Assembly: GCA_964016885.1 (NCBI GenBank) | Contig: OZ024747.1 | Coordinates: forward strand, 23,870,001 to 23,934,000 | Length of the DNA: 64,000 bases | From: Eledone cirrhosa | Lineage: Eukaryota | Reading direction: 5' to 3' | Shown here: positions 1-13,100 of the stretch, piece after piece | Layout of the letters: each line of letters opens with the position of its first letter | Position numbering within the stretch: the first letter of the stretch is position 1 | Notes under the pieces: model-generated | Told to the model about the DNA's origin: nothing | The model's database searches: none | What the model saw: the letters and a program-made list of their open reading frames with translations, nothing else | Position numbers and translations under genes: made by a program

Positions 1-1092
1 TAATCATTGGAGACAAGGTATAGGGTGTTACTTTGGAGATCTGAGGTGTGGGACTAATGGGAATATTGATGTGTAACTATATATGTATTGGCAAACTGGA
101 GATCTAGCCTTGATGGATGCCTACTATGTTACTAACTTCACTTTGTTGACTGTAACATGGTTGAAGAGGATAAGTCTAATTATTAGGACAGCATTTAATC
201 CAATGCTGTAGTGACAATGGGTCACTAGAGCATTGGATTAAATACCTCAAAATTTGTTCTGGCCCTCTGTGCTTGGTGTTCAAATCCTGCTGAGGTCAAC
301 TTTGCCTTTCATTCTTTCAAGATTAATAAAACAAAGTATCAGTCCAGGGGTGGGAGATTGGCAAAATCATTAAAGAGTTGGATGGGATGCCTTGCAGTAT
401 GTTCCAGCTCTGTGCGTTCTGAGATCAAATTCCACTCCTCATTACTGTAAAAGCAGTGACACTTCTGCCAGATAGTATTCCTCTTTCCCAGCATCTCATG
501 TTGAGAAATTAGCCGAAAAAATCATGATCATTCTAAAATACCAATTGAAATATGTTCATGAGGTTGCATACTTTTGCTGTATGGTGAAATAATTGTTTCT
601 ACTTTAGGCACAAGGTCAGCAATTTTGGGGGAGGGGGAAAGTAAATTAAATCGACCCTAGTATATTACTAATGCTTTATTTTATTGACCCCATAAGGATG
701 AAAGGCAAAGCTAACCTTGGCGAGATTTGAACACAGATCGTAAAGAGGTGTAACCCTATGCCATAAAGCATATTGTCTGACGTCCTACTGATACTGCCAT
801 TCTACCACCCTTGTATAGTGAAATAATGATTAGAATTACAGAAGATAATTAGATGTGAAAGTACATGGCTTACTGGTCATGATCATATAGTTGGGGGTTT
901 CAGGGTTTCATTTCTGGATCAGCCAAGACATTTCAATTCATGTCTCTTGTTCAAAGGGGATTCTTCAGGACTGGAGGATCCCTTTCAAGAAACCTCCGAT
1001 GAAACCAAATAAAGTTGTATAGGTGTGAGCTGTTACAATGTATGCATATGTGTGTATCAATATTTTTGTAAAACTGGAGCTCCTACCATTAA

Positions 1093-1313
1093 CTCTTTAG
1101 CATTTAAATCAACCATATCTGGCCAGAATTATCTCACCTCTTTCTGTTCAAACCGGTCATAACTGACTGCTCATACTGACATTAAGGTATTGTTCCCAAA
1201 ATAAATAATATCAAAATCTTGTAGATTCGATATTATGTGAGATAATTATGTAAGATAAAGCCTTTACCACAAAAATACAATAGTAAATATAGAGTAATGT
1301 AAATACTAAAGAG
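1093..1313 (+). mobile_element. piggyBac-type MITE (about 220 bp)
   Basis: TTAA flanks; TIR variant CTCTTTAG...CTAAAGAG; internal GGCCAGAATT..CTCACCTCTTTCTGTTCAAAC shared with other copies. Confidence 0.85.
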
Positions 1314-1445
1314 TTAAAACATCCAAGCAACCTCCTGTGAGATGCTCCTATATAGAAGGGGTGAATATCATACATTTCAGTTTTAGATGTGAAGTTACAG
1401 ACTTAGAAAGTGGAACGTCTGATTGAGAAAAAGATGATGTCTTAC

Positions 1446-1552
1446 CCAGCTGTTTTGGATTGTTGATCATATGATTGGAAATATTACAGATACAGGAGAG
1501 TAGGAGCTGCTTCAGATATTCAGCAGAGTTATTCTCTTCCAATTCCAGTACT
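1446..1552 (-). CDS. HEATR1: HEATR1 coding exon 24
   Basis: VLELEENNSAEYLKQLLLSCICNI...; conserved EYxKQLxLSC; GTAAGA donor. Confidence 0.9.
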
Positions 1553-4060
1553 CTAGAGTGAGACAGAGACAGAGATATTAAATACATTGCAGTAAATACT
1601 TGTCTTAAATATTAAATGAAGATATGATACCTCATTATGTTTTAAGGCCCAAATCTCAGTTAAAGCTGGGGTCAGCCTTGCAGGCCTCATGATAAGCTTC
1701 TCTATTTTGCCCTTTTCTCTGCATCTCCACATTGGCTTTCATTCATCATTTTTAGCCATGTCTTTCCTGGTCTTCCTCTTCCTCTACATCATTCATTTCT
1801 ATCATACCTATCACTAAGTCACTTTAACCCTTTAGTGTTCAAACCGCCCCAAACTGGGCGCAATTATTTCCCCTTCATTTGTTCAATCTGCTCAAAACCG
1901 GCCGATAACACCCACACTAAAATATCGTTCTAAAAATAAACAATACCGTTATCAAAATCTCGTCAATTCGAGATTACTGTGACATTAGGGCCTTACCCTG
2001 AAAATTAACACTTAATATAATGAAACAACTTAAAACAACACGTGTTTTTTTAATGTTGAAAGTAGAATAGATTTTTTGTTTGTATCAACATGGCTTATGA
2101 AAGTAGCGATACCGACTTTGAAGGTTTTACACACGACGACATTCAAAATGAACAACAAACAAAAGATAATATTAGTGATTTATCTTCAAATGAATCAGAT
2201 GTTTACATTTCTGAAATTTCATCCGACGATGTTTGTTGTTTTGAAAGTGAAAACGAAGGAGATCTCCAGTACGCCATTGAAAATATTACAGCAACGTGGT
2301 TGAAAAATACCACACCAATATATGTTCCAGATTTTATTCAAAATTCTGGTCCACAACACACATTAGCTCCTGATGCTAAAGTACTGGATTATTTCTTTTT
2401 CTTTTTACCACAAACTTTCTTCGAAGTTGTGGCAGAAGAGATTAATCGATATGCCCAACAACAGATTTCAAATCGAGGAAAACCCAATCTGTTATGGCGA
2501 CCAACAGATGCTGCGGAAATGCAAACATTTTTTACTGTAAATGTTATGTTCAGTATAAAACAATTTCCAAGACTGTGTAATTACTAGAGCACTGATATAA
2601 GGTTTAGTGATCCTTATATATCAAGTATTATGCCGAAAACAACGTATTTAAAATTAAACCAGTATTTGCACCTGGTTGATACTACAAATGGCCCTATTAA
2701 TTAATTTCACCTGTCCATAAAAGTTAAATTTAACCAAAAAAAAATCAGGTAAAAATTATATAATTGTAAATTATTGATATTTAAACATCTACTGACAAAA
2801 TTTCAAGCCTGCGCATAGAAAATTACAAAAAAATAAAATTGATAACCCTCTTGAGTACGATTAACTGAAAATAATGTGAACAGATAAACATGACAAATTA
2901 ATGTGAATGCTAAAGGGTTAATCCTTTGTCAATGACCCAGCTACCTCATTCTATTTCTTTTCACAACATTCAACACTGGCCATATTCCTCTCCCCCAGTC
3001 ACTTTCATCTTTCCGTAACACATGACTCAATGATCTCATTCCATTTTCTTTTTACAACATTCATCACTGGTTCTATTCTCTTCATCATTTGCAATTTATT
3101 GTTAGTCTTTCTCTCTCTCTGAGTAATACTCCACTCATTCACCAAACAATTCCCATTTCTGTTTTTTTCTATCCTTCTCTGCTACTCCAATTTCACTCAC
3201 GTCTATAACCAATTAAATCCATCTCAATACATAACTGGTATTGATTTTACTAGTGCCTAGAGAGGAGCAATAAAATTGAAGCCAGAACATAATAAATAAA
3301 AGTTTTTACCTGGATATAATGAATAAGAAAGGTTTTAAATAAGACAGTTTTTACCTCGATATAATAAATAAGGCAGTTTTTACCTTGAAGGTATTTCTTA
3401 CCTGGATAACAATTTGAAACAAATTGGTAAGAGAACCTCTGGTTCTCGCAGTTTCTTCTTGTTTTGGAGGATTTCAAGAACCACAATGACTCGTTGCCAT
3501 GGCAGGCTGTCAAGTTGGTTAGTTTCTGTTTCACCTCCAATCAACCTAACACAAACAGAAAATATAAATATATTTAGTATAAGGAAGGGAATCCAGCTGT
3601 TGAAGCCATGCTAAAGAAAGTCTAAAGTTAAAACTATGTCTTGAGCCCATAAAAAATTGTTTTTCATTTTGTTTTGTTTCCGTTCGTTGTCTTGTCCTCT
3701 CTTTGTTAATTTTCTTAGTTATTATATCATCATCATCATTTTACGTCCGCTTTTCCCTGCTTGCAAGGGTGGGACAGGAACTGATTCTGGCTTGATTTCT
3801 ACAGCTGGATGCCCTTCTTAACACCAACCTCATTTACAGTGTGGGCTGGGTGCTTTTTTGCTGTGGCACCTCCACGACCACTTTGCAGTGGGATGATAGG
3901 GACTAGGGTCCCTATCATCTCATTTCTACAGTTGAGTAAACTGGAGCAATGTGAAATAAAGTGTCTTGCTCAAGGAAACACACATCACCCGGTCCAAGAA
4001 TTGAACTCACAACCTTTCGATTGCAAGGCCAATGCTCTAACCACTAAGCCATGCGCCTTC

Positions 4061-4101
<41 letters not shown>

Positions 4102-7100
4102 TATATATACATACACTCACAAACCAGCAAATATACACATAACATAAATATACTTACTTCTGAAGCCGTTTATTCTCCCAAACTGTGTTGTAGACTGGTT
4201 GAGAGTCAAATATATCAAGTTCCCTCAAGAGATGGGAGGATTTTATTGAGAACTGTCCAACAGAAAATAGAAACAACATTACATCAAGCGCTACACTACA
4301 CAAACTACATTAAACACCACAACCTCTATACCATGTCAAACATGTGGCCCACACAAAGGTTTTTACAGCACGAGCATGTTTTATCTTCGTAAAATTAGTT
4401 GTCGTGTGTGGCCCTCAGACAACACATATGTGATCCATGTGGTCCTTGGGGGACCCTCAGTTTGACATGCCTGCTCTATACTACACTACACTAAACCACA
4501 CACTTTACGCTATAATACAAGAATGTCTTGTTAATGGAGTTTCATGTTGTTTGTTAATTCAGATATTTTAGTATCTTTACTAGTGGGCAGTGATTTACTA
4601 GTCATATTCAGTGAAGTAAGAACTTTGATTTATAATATAGTATAGTCTAGTCAGAGAGCTGTTTTGTACTTTCCAAGAATGTCCTGTTAATGAGTATTCA
4701 TATGGTACAGGATGTTAAGAGTTAAATGTCAGAAAATAACAACTTACATGTTTCAGTAGTTTCCGTATCAACTCAGGTGTACCAACAAAGTCAGGTTCAA
4801 CAAGTGCAGTGAACAGGTGTGTCATTAACTGTTGTTGACTCTCTTCATTAGGTAGACTGAGATAAAAGTTTTTGTTAATCTGTAATAAAATATGTGTTGC
4901 AATAATAAATGTTCCTTATTTAGACACAAGGCCAGAAATTTTTGAGAAACAAAAGGTTGATTATATTGACCCCAGTACTTGACTGGTACTTTATTTTACC
5001 AACCCTGGAAGGATAAAAGACAAAGGTGACTCTGTGGGACTTAACCCTTTAGCATTTACATTACTCTATATTTACTATTATATTTTCAATAAAGATTTTA
5101 CCTCACATAATTTCGAATCTATGAGATTTTGATGTTATTTATTTTGAGAACAATACCTTAACATCACTATAAGTGGCCAGTTACAGGAAGGCAGCATATA
5201 GTTGACCACAGTATATTACTGGTATTTTATTAATAATGATTGCACAAGGCTAACAATTACAATGGATGTATAGTTGACTACATTACATTAACCCATTAAC
5301 ATTTAAACCGTCTGTATCCGGCCAGAATTCTTTCACCTCTTTCTGTTCAAACTGGCCATAACCTACCACTCATACTGACATTAAGGTATAGTTCTCAAAA
5401 TAAATAACAACATCATCACAATCTTGTAGCTTCCACATTATGTGAAATAAAGCCTCTACCTTGAAAATATGATACTATGTAAATAAAGGGTTAAACTGGC
5501 CATATCCAGCCAGAATTCTCTCACCTTCTGTTCAAACCAGCCATTCATACTGATGTTAAGGTATTGTTCTCAAAATGAATAATATCAAAATCTCATAGAT
5601 TCAATATTATGTGAAGTAAAGCCTTTACCATAAAAATACAATAGTAAATGTAGAGTAATATAAATGCTAACTAAAGGATTAATGGTCTTATTGACCCACC
5701 TAACAGTGAAATATAGCAATGAAAGAATAAAGGCAGAATAAAAAGATATTTCAAAGTTCCTTACCAATTTAATAGCAAATTCCTGAACTTGTAACTGTTG
5801 CTTTTGATTGACACAATGTCTGAGACAAATTACCCTCCCAAACAATTTGAAGGCTTGTGATTCTATAGTAAGGTTTGTAGCAATGTCAGTGCTGTAACGT
5901 AGCAACAGCAGGTTTAAGGTATCATGTTGACACTGAGTGAGGGACTGACCCTGTAGCATGTCCAGTAGACGACTTAGTAATGGCATCAGTTGAAACATTA
6001 GCTCCTGCAATTAGAACATATTATACACATAGAAATAGCAACAGCTATATATACACAGAAATATATATAAGATCCCATTAAGGATGAAAGCAGCGATTCT
6101 TTGCTTAAATTTTAATCTGTACTTATAATAATTAAATATATACACACACACACATACATATAGAGGTATATAAACACAAAGAATTGAACAGATTATATAT
6201 ACAGAAATATTTATAAATATACATACAAACGACTGAACAGATCACATACATAGAAACGGCAGCAGTTATATACACAGAAATATGTATACACATACATATA
6301 GTTATATACACACAAAGGACTGAACTCACACACTGTATAGAGGGAAATAGTAGTAGTTATACATTTCTATGTACATAAACAGGACTGAACAGATCCCATA
6401 CAAAGAAATACAGCAGCAAAAGCAAACGTATAAAGGTCATTTTCGTCTAGTAAAGTAGGGGTAGCCTTGCAGGCTGTCTGAAAGGTTTCATACTTGTTAT
6501 GGGGTCCTTTTTGAATCAATGTTTTATGGTTTACATCACACAGATGACATACATATAAATAGCTTCACACAAACATAGAACAGAACTTACAGATTACACA
6601 CAGAGATAGCAGCAATTTTATACACAAGCACAAATATGTGTGTATATCTATATATATACAGGGTGTGGACGATATTTGTTCGCAATTTTCAACTGCTAAT
6701 TTTGTGCATTTTTTTTTTACTTCCGTTGTCACTCTTCTCTTCATAAAAACAGTGACTATATTTCCATTATTTATTTTCAGAATAATTGATTATGAATAAT
6801 TTTGAACCTCCAAATTTGTGGAAGAGACACGGAGTTCTTGGAATCCGTGCCGGGAGGACAAATAAGGACCAGAAGATCAACTCCTAGAACGGGTGGCTCG
6901 CTGTCTCATCCAAAGATGTGCCCAGAGTCATGCAGACAAAGTTTCCAGTGACAACATTGGTCTTAGGTCTCGTCAGCAGTCAAGGTGATGTCATGCCACC
7001 TCACTTCTTCCCTGAGGGCCTCAAGCTGAACACCGATGGCTACATCTGTGTTCTGGGTGAGGTAGTAAAGCCCTGAATCGACCAGGTAGCTGCAGGTAGG

Positions 7101-10100
7101 CTGTACGTGTGGCAGCAAGACTCAGCGCCCTGCCATACCAGCCGAAAGACCCAAGCCTGGCTGTCAGAACTTCGTCGACCACACTTCACCTGACATCTGG
7201 CCTCCCAGCTCGCCTGACTGCAACCCCCCCCCCCCCCCCCCCGGACTTCTTTGTGTGGGGCACAGTGGAACGAGACACCAACAGATCTAGCTGCAATACA
7301 AAAGACGATCTGAAGGCCAGGATCACAAGTGCCTTTAAGGGCCTTAGTCGGGGTACAGTGACGAAGGTCTGTAGCTGGTTCCGAGGCCGTCATCAAAGCC
7401 AATGGCGGGTTTATTGATGAGATCGAAAGAACAAGTCATGAAGACAAACTGACCCAAGTTTGATAAATATATCTTAAAAAAATAAAACTACTGTGTTATT
7501 TTTTCCTAGACAGTAATCTTGCGAACAAATATCGTCCACACCCTGTATATTGTTATATTTGGGGAGAGTCATATTGTTACAATATTGCCAGAAATAATAA
7601 AACACACTCACTGTTTGGTTTGAATTGATTTTCACTTCTGTATATTTTATATCTCCATAGTTAATTTAGCTGGCAATTAATGTTTATCATTGATTGACCA
7701 ACGGTTAAAAATATATATATAAATAGTCTATTGATAGACTATATATATAGTCAATGATAAACATTAATTGCCAGGTAAATTAACTATGGAGATATAAAAT
7801 ATACAGAAGCAATAACCAATCCAAACCAAACAGTGAGGGTGTTTTATTATTATTATTTCTGGCAATATTATAACAATATGACCCTCCCCAAATATAACAA
7901 TATTTGTTTCCACACATGATTTCATATTAAAAACCTTGCAAAACAAATTCACCGCCATATATATATATCTTTCTGTATCTATCGTTATAATATATGTAAA
8001 GCCAGTTCTTTCGATCAGTTTTCTTGGTGTCACACTTTTTAAGTGTTGTATTTACTCTGGACCTTAATGCTTTTAAATTTTTTGCTCCATTGGGTGTTTT
8101 GTGATTGCTTCAAACAAATCAAATAGTACTTGCTGTGCAGCAGTTACAACTTTGCTTTATACCTATTTATGTAGACAATAGGTGGAGAAGAAAATGTCTG
8201 AGAAGAGCGCTCTGTATAAACAAATAGTGTCTCACTGTATGGATGTGGTGAGTGAGGAAAAACTTTAATCATACAACACACGACCCAGCTATCTCATCTC
8301 AACATACCACTGCCCATGACCCAGCTATCTCATCTCAACATACCACAACACATAACCCAGCTATCTCATCTCAACATGCCACAACACATAACCCAGCTAT
8401 CTCATTCCACCAAACCACAACACATGATCCAGCCATCTCATTCCAACCTACCACAACACATGACCCAGCCATTCATTCCAACCTACCACAACACATGACC
8501 CAGTCATCTCATTCCAACCTACCACAACACATGACCCAGCCACCTCATTCCAACATACCACAACCCACGACCCAGCTATCTCATCTCAACATACCACAAC
8601 ACATGACCCAGCCACCTCATTCCAATATACCACAACACATGACCCAGCCATCTCATTCCAACATACCATATTATTGTATTCCTTGAAAGCCTCCAGCATG
8701 GATCTGACAATATAGAATGGAGTTGTTTCCATAATCATCACATCAAAGATATCTTTCACTGTTCGTTTTCTGGAGGAACTGTCCACACCTCTCACAGAGG
8801 AGTCAGAATCATCATAAGCTTCATATTTCATTACCTGTCCAATCACCTGAAGATATAACATACATAAATAATATATATAAGAGATGGCAACTTGAATTGG
8901 ACCTGCTATTTTTCTCTAAAATTTTTTTTCCCCAATTCCACCCTACCCATCCCTTCAATATTTCTTCTGATGAAGGACTAGCACCTGAAACGTTAAGACC
9001 CTCTTCCTGCTATTTCAAGTGTTAAATTAATATATTCCTTCCATATACTGCACTCAGTACTCCTTTGGGAGCCCCTACATGGACACACTAGAAGAGGAAG
9101 ACCAAGGTTAACGTATGTTGATGCCCTAAGGACAGACACTGGTCTGTTGGAGACGCAGGACAAGGCAGTGATAATGAGGGACAGAGACCGCTGGAGAGAA
9201 CTCGTCCATGGATCTCGGGAATTTTACCCGCCTTAGATAGATAGATATATATATATATACATACGCAGAGAGAGAGAAAGATGACAATACTAACTGGTGA
9301 ACATATAAATATGCAAGTGTGTTTGTCAGAGAAAAAAGAGAAAGAAACATAGACATAGAGGGATTTATAGAGAGAAAATGGTGTACAACATGAGAGAGAG
9401 ATATGGTAAGGTAAAACCCATGCTGAAGTAACTTACTCTAGGGAGATCTTCATGTGTTTCAATGTCTTCTAGGCTATCAATCAGTTTCTTCAGGAAATAA
9501 TGGTAAGGAAGGGTTTTCCTGTGACCCTTTGGATACACCACAGGCATACAACTAGCAGCAGCTTTCCTTATCATTGCCTTTTTACTGCTAAGGGCTGCAA
9601 TCATACTGACCATAACTGAAAAGAAAGAGAGAGAGTTGGTCAGTTTACTAGATAGAACAAAACTTGAGGGATGGTCTAGATATCATAGAGAGTAAGGCAC
9701 AATGGAGTGGAACAACACATTAAAATAAGTAGCAGCTCTCAATATACTAAACAAAATCTTCAGGGGTGGTTTCAATGAACAAAATTATTTTTAACACTTT
9801 TGTTACCATATTTCTAATGAATGAATACAGCCTATGATTTTCAAATAATTTTGAAAATAATCAAGAATTTTGAGAGATTGCATAATATAACTAACTTTCA
9901 TATTATTAAGCTTGTGTTTGTAATATAGCAGAGGCTTTTACATAAAACTATGAAATTGATAGTTGTAGGGTTAAAGAAGTAATTAAGGTGATGAAAAATG
10001 GTCCATCAGAGATAGTTGCTGAGATGCTGAAATCACTTGGGGAAGTTGGAGCCAAATTTGTCACCCACATAATCAATCAAGTAATACAGAATGGGATCAT

Positions 10101-13100
10101 ACCCAATGCCTGGCATAGTAGTGTACTCATCAATTATTACAAGGAAAAAGGTGGTAATCTAGAAAGGAGCAACTACAGAGGCATAACACTAATGAACCAA
10201 GTTATAAAAGTGACAGAAAGTGTTTCAGCAAAACTAATTAGGGAAAGAGTTAAATTAGATGAGATGCAGTTTGGTTTTGTGCTAAGGAGTACCACAGATA
10301 CCCTTTTCTTAGTGAGAACTACAAGAGAAGTTCTCAGGTAAGTGTAAGCCACGATATCTAGCTTGTGGGAGTACAGGGTAAGAGGGATAGAAGTCAACGG
10401 AAAGAGTGGTGAGAGGCTTGGAGGGAGTGATGGTTGTAGAGGTGGAATACAAAATATAGAAACAGTCCAATATCTTACTGACCTGGTACAGGTGACAACA
10501 TCCACTTATACACATAGTTAGGATCAACAGATTTAATCCAGATATATCCTGTCTTCAGTGCACACAGTTGCTGTTGACTTATTACATGTGCACTACACTG
10601 CTGCATGTCTGCAGTCCACAAGAAACACAGGAATTTATCAAAGACATCATGTTTAACCAATTCCTGAAAACAGAAATTGAAGTTAAGAACAAATTATTTA
10701 TCTCAGACAAACATGAAATACAGTAACAACAACAACAATCATTTTAGCTTTTTCATGACTGTACTTCTGAAATACTCTATACCAGGGGCGTGCAGGCCAC
10801 AATCCAACCCACCAGACCAGTCAGAGTGGCTCGCAATGACCGTTTTTAATTTTCACCGTGAAGGCGCATGGCTTAGTGGTTAAAGCATTGGGCTTGCAAT
10901 CGAAAGGTTGCGAGTTCAATTCTCGGACCAGGTGATGTGTTGTTTCCTTGAGCAAGACACTTTATTTCACATTGTTCCAGTTTACTCAGCTGTAGAAGTG
11001 AGATGATAGGACTGGGGTCCCTATCATTCCACTGCAAAGTGGTCGTGGAAGTGCCATGGCAAAAAAGCACCCAGCACTCACTGTAAATGAGGTTGGTGTT
11101 AGGAAGGGCATCCAGCTGTAGAAATCAAGCCAGAATCAGTTCCCGTATGAGCAAGACAAGGTCAGCCGACCAGACACTGCCCACAACAGGACAACCCGCC
11201 TAACCCATGCCAGCGTGGAAGAACGGACGTAAAACAGTGATGATGAACCGTAATACAATTTTCCATTAGTTGACCTATACTAAAGGGCTTCACTGATAGG
11301 GTTATGTGTGTTATAATTTCCCAGTTCTATGTTATGGAAAGAAGTTGTGGTGAATCTTTGGAATAGAGCTTAATAAATATTAATGGCTCTAATAGTTGTT
11401 CCAATGTTCAAAAGTGGCCCGCCAATGGAATATGTTGCACACCCCTGCTCTATACAAATTAATGAACAATTTTGAGAGAATTATTCCATTACTTGGATAG
11501 TAACTTAAAAAATGGCTCGTATATGTCGGAATCTTTTTAAATGAGTGTTTTGTTTCATAGAACCAGAGCTAGTTTTACCCAGGTTGGTAACAAAAATGGT
11601 TAAGGCCATTTCTGCTAAAGTAAGGGTTAGCTTTGTGGACTCCAAAGATAGGTTTCATACTCATTATGGGGTCTTTTTTTAGGTACTGATATAAAGCCAG
11701 ATGTGACTTCTGGTGCCAAACTTTTTAGTCACTCTTACAACTGGCAAGGATACAGTGTACTTATTCTAAACCAGATACACACAACATACTACTTACCCCC
11801 AAAAATACATTGACCAAATTTGATTTTGAAGCTTCAAATTCCTTGTATTTCTCTGTATATTTCACCAAAAGTCCAAATAATTGAATAATCAGTTGTATAC
11901 AAGTGTCATGGGCAGAGTTGTTGTTGCGGTATTCCCAGAATATGGTGCCTGAAACAACAGAAACTTAGAATTAAAATCATGGAATGATTAATGTCTTAAG
12001 TGAGATATCACAGACACACATAGATGTCTTGAGGTAGGACATCAACTGGATAGGGTGAGACACATAGATGTCTTGAGGTAGGACAATGATTGGATGAAAT
12101 GAGAAACTTACAGATGAACAGTTGTCTTGATATGCGCCAATGACTAAATGAGGTGAGATATCACACAGCCAGACATATCTGACTAACACATTAGTCAGAG
12201 TCAGACACATGAGGCCAACATTATCAAATGCCAACTTACAATGTGTTTTTATAGCATGATGTCTGCAATTACCTTTTGTTAATGAATCAACTATTTCCAC
12301 AGAATAAATTAATTTTTCCAAAAATGCTGCACAATGTTTGACCAGTGCTCCTTTGACCATAGCAAGCAGTGACTCTTGTTTCACAACAACTCCTTCATGG
12401 AATGGCTTGCTTCCAGTAATTTGTTTCTGAAAAGAGTAAAAAAAAAAAAATCGAATTTAAAAATAATTTAGTGCTTTAAAAAAAATGTAAAACTGAGAAT
12501 TTCACCAACAAAAGACCAAGTTAATTCATATTTATCATGTGGTCATTTTTGAGGCAATGCTTTAGGGTTAGATATGCTTCCTGGTACCAATCCTTACTCC
12601 AGATACACACAGTAATCCTATAGTATACTACAACAAACATTTTAAAGTTATTTTATCTGATGAAAGTTAGTTTTATGAGCCTGATAAGTGTCATACGATC
12701 CTTTTTGAGCCAATGTTTTACAATCGGATGTTCTTTCTGGTGCCAACCATTTTAGTCACCACTTATGACATGCAGGGATATGGTGCACCTATTTTAAACC
12801 TGATTACACACAGGGATAGTGTACTTAGTCTAAACTGGAAGTCCACAAGGGTACAGTGTACCTATGTATCTGGATGCACACAGCAAGTAAATATTTTCTA
12901 CTAAATAGAAAGGTAGACAGTAAAAAAAAAATTACCTTTGTTAGAATTTCTTTTATTATCTTAAAAGTAGCCAAAGACAGGTCAAATGTTGATTTGATGT
13001 TTTTGTCAAGATGTTGGTAGAGAGAGGAGACAATATCTAATATAAAACATAGGTAGGAAGCTCTGCGAGGAGATTGGCTTGGTAATGAATGTAGACACAC

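Noticed and set aside
1-1345. Further HEATR1 exons
   Set aside because: No phase-compatible open exon with HEATR1-like sequence found; the region is mostly repeats, so the gene presumably continues beyond the window.
10861-10935. tRNA gene
   Set aside because: A/B boxes are present but the cloverleaf is imperfect and it continues into a SINE body found in several copies.
12112-12272. Extension of HEATR1 exon 15 to the GTAAGT donor at 12111
   Set aside because: It gives phase 0 while the next exon needs phase 1, and would hit a stop.
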